A DNA stretch of 63,588 nucleotides, the filler included, from Octopus bimaculoides (Eukaryota): NCBI RefSeq assembly GCF_001194135.2. It is 4 parts of 4 records of this genome, joined end to end, with 100 filler letters (N's around TTAATTAATTAA, not from the genome) between each part and the next. Parts side by side here need not be neighbours in the genome. Positions count along the whole stretch, not along the records: positions 1 to 21,261 come from NC_068986.1; positions 21,362 to 39,071 come from NC_069000.1; 2 more parts are not named here. One strand, written 5' to 3'. A model generated the notes under the pieces. That model did no database searches and was not told where the DNA came from. It worked only from the letters and a program-made list of their open reading frames with translations. The translations under genes were made by a program, and so were the position numbers. Positions 15,086 through 27,355 of the stretch are shown piece by piece (the first letter of the stretch is position 1; each line of letters begins with the position of its first letter).

Positions 15086-15599
15086 ATAGCCTTCATCCTA
15101 TAAGACAGTAATGAAATTTGAGAAATTCAGCAGCTATTTCTAACAGATCAAGTGGTCCTACTAAGTATCCCACATTCTCTAGTAAAAGCTAAATGTAGGA
15201 ACAACTAAATACATGGTGATGGTGTTAAGTGGCAGATACTGAAATAAGAAAAATAAAAGGACTTTCATGATAGGGTAGGGAGAAATAAATCCTTTGTATA
15301 ATATATTCATGTCCACTCTGTAGCAAACTAAATTCAAAAGGTAAGAAAATAGTCACAAGAATCAACTTCAGAATTTAATTAGTTTTTAATTAACAGTGGC
15401 AGACTGGCAAAGTCAGACAACAAGATTCTAAACAGGATGTTGAGGACGCAAACCTCTTTTTTCCAAAACTTTCAAATAATGGTAATAATCCTTTTTACTA
15501 TAGGACCAATAATAATGATTATAATAAAACCAATAATAGTAGTAATAATGATAGCTTTTTTTTTTTTTTTTTTAATGATATATAAAGAGTAATAATAAT

Positions 15600-16480
15600 G
15601 GTTTTTGATTTCGGCACAAGGTCAGCAATTTTGAGGTAGGGTATTGCCTGATACAATTGACTTTAGTAGTAGACTGGTACTTAATTTTATTGATCCCAGA
15701 GGGATAAAAGCTTAGAATATAAAAATCATCATCTTGCTACTATAGGCACAAACCTGAAATTTTACGGGGAGGGAGATAGTTGATTGCATCAACCCCAGTG
15801 CTCAAAAGGTACTTATTTTTATCAACCCCAAAAGGATTAAAGCAAAGTCGACCCCACAGAATTTGAACTTAGAACATAAAGATGGATAAAATGCTTAGGG
15901 ACATTTTGGCCAATATGCTAATGATTCTGCCAGCTAGCCATGTTCATAATAATAATTATAATAATAGTGGCATAAGGCCAGTGATTTCAGTATAGGGGTT
16001 AAGTTGATTACATTGGCTCCAGGGCTAAACTAGTACTTATTTTATCGACCCCAAAAGAATGAAAGGCAAAGTTGACCTCGGCAGAATTTGAACTCAGAAT
16101 ATAAAGATAAAGTGCTGCTAAGCATTTTGCTTGGTATCCTAACGATTCTGCCAGCTAATGATGACTAATAATGAGTTCTGAAAAAAATATTGATTTCATA
16201 TACTGAAACAAAATGATAATTATTATTTCTAATTTTAAGGGTTTCTTTTGTCCTAATTTTGATTATTTTAAATTTAGGCACAAGGTGAGCAATTTTGAGG
16301 AGAGAGAATTAGTTGATTACATTGATCTCGGTAGTTAATTGGTACTTTTTTTAATCAACTCAATACGATGAAAGCAAAACTGATCTTGGTGAGATTTGAA
16401 TTCAAAAGGTAAAAGGCCATAACCAAAATATTTGTCCAACACGCTAACAATTCTGCCAATCTACTGCTCAAACAATAATA
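15600..16480 (-). mobile_element. Cluster of about five head-to-tail SINE family A copies
   Basis: Repeated GGCACAAGG.CAGCAATTT...GGTACTTATTTTATCGACCCC.AAAGGATGAAAGGCAAAGTCGACCTC units, all in the same orientation, separated by AAT-rich linkers. Confidence 0.85.
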
Positions 16481-16829
16481 ATTTCTAGACGATATGAAGC
16501 TTCAGAGTTTCAGAGATGACAAAATGCTAAGTTCAGACATTCAAGCCTTCTCCTAATGTGTTGGTAATGCTAAAGAATTAGATCAGAGGGAGGACAACAT
16601 GCCTCAGAATTAGTTCATCAAGAACTTAGCACCACAACAGATCTGTATGTTGTCTCTTTTCTTTCCTCGCATGTCCGATAAACTTACAAGTGAGTATGAC
16701 CTGGTAACATGTGCCATGCTTTTGCTAATTGTTTTAGGTAACTATGTGATCACAGACACAGACACTCTCTTGACTCTCCTATTCTTGAATCCAGTATGAA
16801 CATCAAGGCTGTGACAGAGGGGGAAAAAG

Positions 16830-16952
16830 AAACAGACATGACTGAAGCAATATGAAACGCCTTGTTCAAAGACACAACATGCCATACAGCCCAAGAATCA
16901 AATCTGCAACCTTACAACTATGAACCCAATAACTAACCATTAAACCATGTGC
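16830..16952 (-). mobile_element. tRNA-like SINE head (family D-related), degenerate
   Basis: Minus strand AAGGCACATGGTTTAATGGTTAG...GATTTGATTCTTGGGC..., with A-box/B-box-like spacing as at 36391 and 47516. Confidence 0.6.
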
Positions 16953-16997
16953 CTTTTCCTCTTTGTTACACCTCTTGGAAAGATTTATCTATCCATC

Positions 16998-17065
<68 letters not shown>

Positions 17066-18626
17066 NNNNNNNNNNNNNNNNNNNNNNNNNNNNNNNNNNN
17101 NNNNNNNNNNNNNNNNNNNNNNNNNNNNNNNNNNNNNNNNNNNNNNNNNNNNNNNNNNNNNNNNNNNNNNNNNNNNNNNNNNNNNNNNNNNNNNNNNNNN
17201 NNNNNNNNNNNNNNNNNNNNNNNNNNNNNNNNNNNNNNNNNNNNNNNNNNNNNNNNNNNNNNNNNNNNNNNNNNNNNNNNNNNNNNNNNNNNNNNNNNNN
17301 NNNNNNNNNNNNNNNNNNNNNNNNNNNNNNNNNNNNNNNNNNNNNNNNNNNNNNNNNNNNNNNNNNNNNNNNNNNNNNNNNNNNNNNNNNNNNNNNNNNN
17401 NNNNNNNNNNNNNNNNNNNNNNNNNNNNNNNNNNNNNNNNNNNNNNNNNNNNNNNNNNNNNNNNNNNNNNNNNNNNNNNNNNNNNNNNNNNNNNNNNNNN
17501 NNNNNNNNNNNNNNNNNNNNNNNNNNNNNNNNNNNNNNNNNNNNNNNNNNNNNNNNNNNNNNNNNNNNNNNNNNNNNNNNNNNNNNNNNNNNNNNNNNNN
17601 NNNNNNNNNNNNNNNNNNNNNNNNNNNNNNNNNNTGCCTCTTTATTTTACCCCACTCCCACCCTTCTGCAATTCTATCTTACACTCCTAGAGTAATGGGC
17701 ACTCTTGATTGAGAACTCCTACCAAAAATGACAGCTAGTTGTGATGAAACAGAAGCATTTTTTTAATAAGGGTTTTGAGAGAGAATTCATAAAAACTAAA
17801 AAAAAAAAATTTTTTTTTTTAATAATCTCTGATTTGAAAATTTAACTTTTGAAACCACCCAAACTATATAACACAATTCATTCTCTTTTATACGATATAA
17901 AATTCCTTCAGTTCACGTTTTGTTTTGCTGAATAAAAAAAAAAAAAAAAAAGTGACAGCTCAACAAGAAAAAAAATTATCAAAACAAAACATTAAACATA
18001 CTATTATGAGGCTTAGGTATGCTGCAAAGTAGTTTTAAATATTAAATCAAAATAATATTTTCTGATAAATTCCTCTGTCAAAGCAACTGAAGAGAATGAT
18101 ACAATGACTGATGAGTAGTATATTTGTGTATAACAAACTTTGGAATGACATGTTTCAGTGATGATTGAATGAGAGAACAAAAACAAGATAACAGGTATTC
18201 ATGCTGAAGAAGCGAATAGTTTCAGGACTGAGATCGGATGCAATGAAAGTCATGAAGCATAAAGTAGGTAAGTTATCATAGCAGCAAACATGTCAAGATC
18301 ATTGCAAAAGTTGGACATGACACTAGAAAAAAATAATAGTTGTTGTTAATATTATTGAGTATACTAACTACTGGTATTTTAGAAATAAGTGAGTAATTAA
18401 TTTATTAAGAGAGAATACTAGATCATGTACAGCATCACATCTGAATAAGAGAATCTAAAAAGAGGGGGAATTGGAGCATAAGAATTTCACTAGCTAATAT
18501 ATTAATTAGTGAAGGTGAAAAAGTGGAGTCGCCAGCGTAGTCAGTAAGATGAAAGGTGGATGGGACTGGGGGCAGTTATGTAAAAAGAAGTTGAAATCCC
18601 TGAAATCACATGTAACAGTCACTCAC

Positions 18627-18665
18627 TGTCGTCGTTTTCAAGACGTGCATCCACTTGGGGAAAAT
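18627..18665 (-). CDS. Candidate 39-nt small exon of an unidentified minus-strand gene
   Basis: Minus strand: long T-rich tract (~18700-18790), then aaattTGCTGCTGCtttccAG | ATTTTCCCCAAGTGGATGCACGTCTTGAAAACGACGACA | GTGAGT. Length is 3n; open in phase 1 (xFPQVDARLENDDx) and phase 0 (IFPKWMHVLKTTT). Confidence 0.45.
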
Positions 18666-19364
18666 CTGGAAAGCAGCAGCAAATTTAGGGGTTACATTGT
18701 TATTCGTAATAGTTAACCACAAACAGAAACAGAGTTTCAAGAAAATTGTTAAGAAAAATAACAAGTAAAACGGAAAGAGAGAAAAAATAATTTTCAATAA
18801 AAAGGTTTTGCTTCTTTTAAAACAGGAAAAACCTGGTTTATTTCTGCCATTTCTCTTTGATAATGTTCTTTTGGAGCAGGAAAACGTGATTGAAGATTGA
18901 AATCAAACACTAGTTATAAGCAATATCTACTTTTAATTAGAAAAAATTAAAATAAAATCACAACAAAAGTCCCAAAACATTAGAGACTAACTATCAATGA
19001 AATTGCATCTTAAACGCAGAGAACTTGACATCTTAAATTAGACTAAATTTTGTTTAATTTTTCATTGATAAAATACGGTAAAAACAGAGCTACCCCTAAA
19101 ACTATACTGCCTTAAATAAATCACTTCATTGGCACCTTCACATATGTTGATTTTCTTAGATTAGCTGATAGAGAATTTTGGGAATTACATAAGAAATTAA
19201 AAATATTTTCGTATTGAAATAGAGAATTCACATTAAAGGATTATAAAAATCATTTTAACGCAGAGAAAATCAAATGATGTGAATTCCAAGACTAACACAA
19301 GAAAGCAATTCCTTATAAGAATCAGAGAACTTAGAACATCACATTACACTGAATAATAATAACA

Positions 19365-19700
19365 ATGACATGAGACCACACACTCATTTCGAGGGAGGGT
19401 ATAATCGATTAAAACAACCCCCAATATTCCACTGGTATTTATTTTATTGAGGATGAACGGCAAACATGTAAGATTTGAACTGAAAATGTAAAATGCCATA
19501 CTGCAAGGAATTTTGTCTAACGATCTAATGATTCTGCTATCTATTGTGATAGTGGTTCTACTGTAGGCACAAAGCCAGAAATTGGGGGGGAGGGGTTTGT
19601 TGATTACATTGACCACAGTACTGACTAGCACTTAAGTGTATCAACCTCAGAAGAATGAAAAGCAAAACCAACTTTGCTAGAATTTTCATCTCAATACAAT
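19365..19700 (-). mobile_element. Two partial SINE family A copies
   Basis: Reverse-complement family A core motifs. Confidence 0.65.
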
Positions 19701-19817
19701 CCTACCAATCCACAGTCATGATGATGACAATGATGATGATCATCTGGCTTAGGTACAAAGCCAGAAATTTAGTGGAGAGGGTAACTTATTTAATCAAACA
19801 CAGAATTGAACTGGCTG

Positions 19818-19930
19818 AGATCTGCTTGAAAACAGCAGGATAATTATTTAGATCTGCTTGAAAAAGCAAGATGGTCACTTAGATCTGCTTAAAAAAGCAG
19901 GCTAACTGCTTAGATCTGATTGAAATAAAC
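19818..19930. repeat. Minisatellite of about 3.6 units of 31-32 bp, each with AGATCT and an internal hairpin
   Basis: AGATCT at 19818, 19850, 19881 and 19912. Units contain CTGCTT-(GAAA/AAAA)-AAGCAG-type inverted repeats. Confidence 0.85.
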
Positions 19931-20446
19931 TGACCAAAGTTTTTGAAAAAAATAAAACTATGTTGACTGATGAAAAAAATATTTTAACTGAAGTGAAATC
20001 CAAGATAAACTCAATAGAAATTGCCCAGTTCAATATCAAAGATAGAAAGGGTTATTAACTCATCTAAATACACTAGCTAAATAAATCAATGTTTTAATAA
20101 ACTCATGTTCCAGTCTACAGATATGAAAGCTCAAAGCATGCTTTTAAAAAGACATTCAATGAAACAAACTATTTTCAAAATTATTCCCAAACACATTTTT
20201 TAACATGAAAAATGAAACCAGTAGAAAGAAAATGTTCATGAATCATATCACATTAAATGTGTTACTGGAATAAACCATTATTATAATAATATAAGGAGGA
20301 GATATTCCAGATGTCGATGAGTTCAAAAAAATTCAAACTGAATGGAGAGAAAAAAAACTGGAATGAAAACGTTTTGTCAATATTTTCTCTCTCTCTGTCT
20401 CTGCAATAACCATATACAATAATTTTGGAAATTGTATTTCCATGAA

Positions 20447-20830
20447 AGCATGGCTGTGTGGTTAAGATACTTATTTTGGAACCATATGTTTCAGGTTCAG
20501 TCACACTACTTGGCACCCTGAAAAAGTGTTTTCTACTATAGCTCCAGGCTAGCCAATGCCTTATGAGTGAATTTGGAAGATGGAGACTTTGTGGAAACAC
20601 ACGATATATGTGTGTATGTATATACATATCTATATGTGCATGTCCATGACCTTAATGCTTGACAACCAGTATTAGTTTACTACACCTCAGTAACTTAGTG
20701 GATCAGCATAAGGGACCAACAGAATAAGAACCAGACTTAAATAAGTACTGGGGTCAATTTGCTTGACTAAACCCCTCAAGGCAGTACCCCAGCATGGTCG
20801 CAATCCAATAACTGAAACAAGTAAAAGACA
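20447..20830 (+). mobile_element. SINE family B copy (degenerate)
   Basis: GCATGGCTGTGTGGTTAAG...GGTTCAGTC head, internal (TA/GT)n, 3' end CCAGCATGG..GCA.TC.AAT.ACTGAAACAAGTAAAAG. Confidence 0.8.
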
Positions 20831-20986
20831 AAGGTAAAAATAAACTAAAACAATATTCCAAATATCCAAAAATTGTAACTTATTTCCAGGTAATATTCTA
20901 TTGCTAGAGTAGATGACAGTAGTGGTAAAATGAACCATTCCAATTAGTTTAAAATACTCCAGGGAAAAATACTATAAAATAACATG

Positions 20987-21024
<38 letters not shown>

Positions 21025-21261
21025 CACATATTAACACACATACACACATATATTTTTGCACGCACACACAAAGTGATTTCCCTGCAATATAACCATATAT
21101 TAAAATAAAAAATCTCTGGAGAGTGAGCTTTTCCAATACGAACCTCATTAGTTACAAAATGATGGAGTCAAAAATTAAAATAATCAAAAAGTAAAAGTAA
21201 AATAGAGAAATAAAAAATTGTAATTAAATAAAAAAAAAATCAATATTCTTAAAAAATATAT

Positions 21262-21361
21262 NNNNNNNNNNNNNNNNNNNNNNNNNNNNNNNNNNNNNNN
21301 NNNNNTTAATTAATTAANNNNNNNNNNNNNNNNNNNNNNNNNNNNNNNNNNNNNNNNNNNN
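21262..21361. other. Artificial scaffold-joining linker
   Basis: Exactly 44 N + TTAATTAATTAA + 44 N (100 bp). The 12-mer gives stop codons in all six frames. Confidence 0.95.
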
Positions 21362-21372
21362 GTGTGTGTGTA

Positions 21373-22230
21373 CAGGGGTTGGGCAAAATAATGGAAACAC
21401 CTTGAAATTTCTAACAAATTTATTTTAATACGGGGTAGGACCGGCTTTGGCAGTAATTACAGCTTGAAGTCTACAAGGTATAGACTTGTACAAAATTTGA
21501 ATTGTTTCCAAAAGAATTTTTGTCCATTCTTCAGCTAAAATAGTCTCCAGTTCTTGTAGTGATGATAGTGGAGGATATCGACTCCCTATTTGTTTTTCTA
21601 AGATGCACCATAAAGGTTCAATAATATTGAGATTTGGGTACTGTGGTGGCCAGATAAGATGTTCAACTTCACTAGAATGTTCCTCGTGCCATTCAGTAAT
21701 AACTTTAGCTGTGTTAATTGGTACATTATCATCCTGAAAGATTGCGTTTCCCTCCGGAAACAGTCCCGCAACCATGAGATGAATTTGATCAGATAAAATG
21801 CTTAGTCCTGACTATTAATTCTGCCATGAAGGGAAACCATTGGGCCGGTGGATTTCCAAGATATAGCTCCCCAGATCATCACAGATCCTCCTCCATGTTT
21901 AACCGTTTGAAGAAGGCAGTCTGGATCAAATGCTTCTTTTGGCTGTCTCCACAAGTATACTTGGCCGGTGATTGAAAATAAGGTAAAAGATGACTTGTCC
22001 AAGAAGAAATATTCTTCCACTGCACTAGGGACCAATTCTGTAGGTTTTTACTGAACTCTAAACGCTTTGCAACGTTTGTTTTTGAAAGGAGTGATTTTGT
22101 GAAATCCGGTTTTGTGCAGCTCCCGGCGAACAGTTTTTGTGGAAACTGGGTTCTCAAGGTGGTCAATAAGCTCTGCAATAATTTTCGGAGCTGTACTTTT
22201 GTGATTCTTTCTAACAATTCGGGCCGACCA
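21373..22230 (-). mobile_element. Decayed Tc1/mariner transposon (Tc1-like DDE transposase, 3' TIR present, 5' part lost)
   Basis: TA + TIR CAGGGGTTGGGCAAAATAATGGAAACACC at 21373-21401. Frameshifted transposase: VSTKTVRREL, FLDKSSF, TVKHGGGSVMIWG, FQDDNVP...WPPQYPNLNIIEPLW, IPCRLQAVITAKAGPTPY*. Truncated by a SINE B at ~22230. Confidence 0.95.
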
Positions 22231-22542
22231 AATCCTTGTGAGTGAATTTGGTAGACGGAAACGGAAAGAATCCTGTTGTATAAATGTATGTGTGTGTGTA
22301 CGTGTGTATGTGTGTGCGCGCGCCCCGGCGTTTGTATCTTTGTGTCTGTGTTTGTCCACTACCACCGCTTGACAACCGGTGTTGGTTGGGTTTACTGCCC
22401 TGTACTTAGCGGTTCAGCAAAAAGAGACTGATAGAATAAGTAACAGGCTTTTAAAACAAAAACTGGTGCTATTCATTCGACTAAAGGTTCTTCGAGGCTG
22501 TGCCCCAGCATGGCCACAGTCTAATGACTAGAACAGATGAAA
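22228..22542 (+). mobile_element. 5'-truncated SINE family B abutting the Tc1 remnant
   Basis: GGCCGACCAAA.CCTTGTGAGTGAATTTGGTAGACGGAAAC...GCTTGACAACCG...CCCCAGCATGGCCACAGTCTAATGACT. Confidence 0.85.
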
Positions 22543-23018
22543 CATAATGCACAAACAGGCTCCTTGTCTCAGTCACTAATATGGCCAATAAAGAACACTT
22601 CCTAACTTCCACTGGCCAATATTCCCACACCCTGCCCAACCACATCCCATCCTACTCTTACTTCCGTCCTAACCCTCTCGTATCTTTACACTCTTATTCC
22701 TTTCACAAATTCCCTACCACCCACCTCCTCAGCTAATTTTCTCTCTTAACAATTCTCCTGTTCATCTTTAACTTCCCTCCCGCGAAGACTCAACAATTAA
22801 TTCCCTGCCATTTCCTTTCATTCTCCACTGTGTTTTCGCTCTTTTAAATTAAGGTTGAATAAGAACATTTTTCTTCCTTCGAAATTTCCCCGAATGACAT
22901 ATGATCATAGGAAATCTGATACTTAAAAATTAAATACAGTCTTTTTTTAAATATAAGCTCCATTATTTTCCTGTACATGCATATGCTTTCCTTTATCTGT
23001 GTACTGCATATATATATA

Positions 23019-23472
23019 TATATTACTGGGTAAACACAATATATGTTTTTATGTGCTATTATTAGTTTCATGCGATGAAAGCATGCCAGGGTGTATTTTT
23101 CAACACATCTGGTGCCTTAGTGCAATCCTCAGACACTGTCCACATGGCATAACAAACTAAAAATAAGACGATAGAATCAGGGAAGAAAACAAGAAAGGGA
23201 GAGAAAGAAGTACAATAAAAAGTGGAATGTCGAATAACCGGAAAACGAGAAAGAAAACAGAAATAAGCAAAAGGGATGAATTAGAGTTAATTCCTCATTC
23301 ACCGTAAAATATAAGGCTAAAAAGAATACGGTGTACCGTTATTCCATGTAGGTAGTGTCTGAAGATTGCGGTAAGGCACCAGACACGTTAAAAAATTCTC
23401 TCTGGCAAGCTTTCATCGCTTGAAACTAATAGTAGCACATACAAACATATATTGTGCTTATTAAATAATATT
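23019..23472. mobile_element. Foldback/MITE-like element with ~135-bp imperfect terminal inverted repeats
   Basis: The left arm 23019-23153 is the reverse complement of the right arm 23338-23472 (e.g. TGTGCTATTATTAGTTTCATGCGATGAAAGC vs GCTTTCATCGCTTGAAACTAATAGTAGCACA; TCTGGTGCCTTA vs TAAGGCACCAGA). The ~184-bp spacer is purine-rich. Confidence 0.75.
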
Positions 23473-23754
23473 TATCTCTCACCAGATGGAATGCATTTTT
23501 TATTGATCTTACCATCACGGAACCGTGCATTATATATATATGCAATACCCAAAATACACGTCCAGCATCATACCTATTATTATTGGAGCAACATTCCTGA
23601 ATTTGGAATGTTGGGGAGAGAATGCAAAATCCTAAAATTTAAAGGATGGTTGTTCAAACAAGAAACTTTCCTTGATAGCCTTGCTACGGAGTACGTCGCC
23701 GGCGAAAATTTTCTACATTCAATACAAAAAGTGAAGAACATAATGCATGCAAAT

Positions 23755-23805
<51 letters not shown>

Positions 23806-24639
23806 NNNNNNNNNNNNNNNNNNNNNNNNNNNNNNNNNNNNNNNNNNNNNNNNNNNNNNNNNNNNNNNNNNNNNNNNNNNNNNNNNNNNNNNNNNNNNNN
23901 NNNNNNNNNNNNNNNNNNNNNNNNNNNNNNNNNNNNNNNNNNNNNNNNNNNNNNNNNNNNNNNNNNNNNNNNNNNNNNNNNNNNNNNNNNNNNNNNNNNN
24001 NNNNNNNNNNNNNNNNNNNNNNNNNNNNNNNNNNNNNNNNNNNNNNNNNNNNNNNNNNNNNNNNNNNNNNNNNNNNNNNNNNNNNNNNNNNNNNNNNNNN
24101 NNNNNNNNNNNNNNNNNNNNNNNNNNNNNNNNNNNNNNNNNNNNNNNNNNNNNNNNNNNNNNNNNNNNNNNNNNNNNNNNNNNNNNNNNNNNNNNNNNNN
24201 NNNNNNNNNNNNNNNNNNNNNNNNNNNNNNNNNNNNNNNNNNNNNNNNNNNNNNNNNNNNNNNNNNNNNNNNNNNNNNNNNNNNNNNNNNNNNNNNNNNN
24301 NNNNNNNNNNNNNNNNNNNNNNNNNNNNNNNNNNNNNNNNNNNNNNNNNNNNNNNNNNNNNNNNNNNNNNNNNNNNNNNNNNNNNNNNNNNNNNNNNNNN
24401 NNNNNNNNNNNNNNNNNNNNNNNNNNNNNNNNNNNNNNNNNNNNNNNNNNNNNNNNNNNNNNNNNNNNNNNNNNNNNNNNNNNNNNNNNATATATATATA
24501 TATATAATTCATGCAGGCATCAATGCATTTACATAAAACTGTTCGAGGCGTCGGCTAACGCAGTAGGGTATCAAGTCAAAATTTAGGATGAGAAGAATTA
24601 GTAATTCTGTGTATTATTCCCTTCTGTACATTGACACCA

Positions 24640-24725
24640 TTCCTCGGTACAGCGACCGGAAGTAAACCGTGTTTCTTAACGAACAGGAACCAACATGGCC
24701 GACAACGCTGTCCTGAAGAGATGAC
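24640..24725 (+). promoter_or_regulatory. Possible housekeeping-type promoter or 5' end
   Basis: Locally CpG-rich. ETS-type CCGGAAGT at 24656-24663 and YY1-like AACATGGCCG at 24692-24701. The ATG opens only a 9-codon ORF (MADNAVLKR*). Confidence 0.3.
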
Positions 24726-24871
24726 TGAATCATATTTATTTGTTAAGTGTCTGTTTTATATATACATATATGTATAGATATATACATACATGCACACCCA
24801 CACACACATTCTTTCAGTCTCTCTCACACAACTGTACATATATGTGACTGCGTGTATTTGTGTATTTATTC

Positions 24872-24914
<43 letters not shown>

Positions 24915-25072
24915 TGTATGTATATATATATGTATATATGTATGTATATGCTTGTATATATATATAAATATATGTATGTTCACATATACATATACATACA
25001 TATATATATATATATGTATATTCACATATACATTTATACATATATAAATATGTGTGTGTGTATATATATATA

Positions 25073-25121
<49 letters not shown>

Positions 25122-25811
25122 GATTATATATGTATATATATATATGTATATTCACATTTACATATATACAAATATATATAAATATGTGTTTGTGTATGTA
25201 TGTATGTATGTATGTATGCATGTATGTATGTATGTATGTATGTATGTATGTATGTATGTGTGAGTGTTTGAATGTGACTATGTGTATATCAGGCGTACAA
25301 GTAGGACGATAATATATATAAGTTTAGGAAAAATGATAGCTTTAGTGAAATTGAAACCAATCCTGGGAATTTTGTAAATCCCAAGATGTTTTTCTTTTTT
25401 TTTTCTTGAGAAAATGGCAATGCGTGGGATGTTGTCTTACAAGAATTTCTGTACACCTCCGCCTTCTCTTACTCATTGTATCATGGCGGACAGGAAAACA
25501 AAGAAAGTATATAAAAAATATATAAAATATTTAAATCCCTTTCTATGTATACGTTGAAAGTCTCGTAAGAAAATTAACGGAGGATGTAAGATAAGAGTTT
25601 TATGAAAAATTGATAATGATGCAAAATTCCTCCGATAACGTATGAAAAGATATTATATGAAAACTTTATAATAATGCTTTCTAATATTGGTGAAAATAGG
25701 AATTGAACTTAAAAAGAAAATAGCTAAATATTGCTGAGTAGTTTATCCGGAATTTTCTCCACTCTTTCTTTCATTATGTCCATTAAACCAAAGTAATAAT
25801 CTTTCTGGAAA

Positions 25812-26095
25812 AGCACGTAATTTAGTGGTTAAGATATTCGGCTTATGACTATAAGATTATGGGTTCGATTCCCGGCGGCACGAGCAAGACACTTTATTTC
25901 ACGTTGCTCCTGTCTATTGAGCTGGCAAAAACGCGTTGTGCATTTAATTCAAAGGGTCAGCCTTGTCAGATTCTGTGTCACGTTGACTCTTCCTGAGAAC
26001 TACGTTATGGGTATGCGTGTCTGTGGAGTGCTCAGCCACTTGCACGTTAATTTCGTATCAACTGGGACCCTCGTCGTTGTAACCGACGGAATGTC
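25812..26095 (+). mobile_element. SINE family D copy
   Basis: tRNA-like head (AATTTAGTGGTTAAG...GGGTTCGATTCCC) followed by the family D body. Confidence 0.8.
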
Positions 26096-26104
26096 AGTTA
26101 ATAT

Positions 26105-27355
26105 TCCTTTCTACGATAAGCACAAAGCTGAAATTTCGAGGTGTGGGACTAGTCTATAACATCGACCCCAGTACTTATTTTATCGACACTGAAATGATGA
26201 AGGGCAAAGTCGACCTCTGCGGAATTTCTATTAAACCAGAGTAATAATGATTTTATTACATAGGTACTTTCTGGCAATGCCAGAAATTTATGGAGGGAAG
26301 AGAACGGATCTATTTCATTGACTCCTGTATTATGCCGGTACTTTGTTTTATCAACCCCGGAAGGGTGAAGATTATTGCTTTGACTTCAGTAGAATTTGAA
26401 CTCAGAAGATAAAGAGCCGTAACTAAATGCTGCAAAGTAATTTATCCGACAATCTAACGATCCTGCCAATTCACCGCTCCAATAATTTCTAACACAAAAC
26501 CAGAAATTTGGGGAGAGGGGACAGTCCTTTAAATTGATCCCAGTACTTAACTGATACATATCATATCGACTCTAGAAAGATGAAAGTCATTATAAAAAAT
26601 AATGATTTCCAGCTGTTCCCTCACAAAATATGTAGTCTTGTGCCTAAACAAGAGTAAAAATTTCGTGAAGGAACGGTAGAATATATACAGAGCCAGAGCT
26701 CATTTAAAAAACTCCGGGTGGATGAAAAGCTAAATTGACCTCGGCGGGATACGAACTCAAAACGTAATTTGACGCGCGTAAATACCGGAACAGATATTCT
26801 GCGTCGCCAAATACTGCTAAACACTGTGCAAAGTGTTGAAATAACAGTTTCTGATTTAGATACAAAACCAGCAACTTTGGGTGGAGGTGGTTGGACCATA
26901 CCATTAACCCAAGTTCATTACTGGTACCTTATTTTATTAACCTGGAAAGGTTGAAAAGTAAAGATGACCTCTGTGTAATTTGAACTTAGAATGTAATGAG
27001 CTGAAGAAATGCCGTGAAGCTTTTTTTCCGGCGCTCTAATGATTTCAGCAGCTTGCCGCCTTTATGTGTAGAACTAATGCTTTCAAATTTTGGCACAAGG
27101 GCAGCAATTTTGGAGGCAGAATATTAATTGATTACATTGACCCCGCTACTTGACTGGTACATGTTTTACCGATCCCGAAAATTTAAAAGGCAAAGTCAAC
27201 CTGAGTGGAATTTGAACTCAGAATTTAATGAGCGAGAAAAAATATCGCTAAGTATTTTTTTGACACTTTAACTATTTTGCCAACCCGTCAAGTTAAAGTG
27301 TTCAAATTTTGGCACAAGGCCGGCAATGTCGGGGTACATTGACCTCAGTGTTCAA
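26105..27355 (-). mobile_element. Cluster of about six same-orientation SINE family A copies
   Basis: Repeated reverse-complement family A units separated by short AT-rich linkers. Confidence 0.85.

Noticed and set aside
12570-17921. Other minus-strand acceptor-like sites (12586, 15238, 17921)
   Set aside because: Non-3n lengths, weak donors or stops in the compatible phase; expected by chance in T-rich DNA.
19818-19930. CRISPR array interpretation of the hairpin repeat
   Set aside because: Eukaryotic context, no cas genes, and variable parts only ~10 nt and related to each other.
3771-24740. Other CUGANGA matches (3771, 4631, 9723, 18087, 18106, 24712)
   Set aside because: No compatible stem II plus GAAA plus stem I pairing found by eye.
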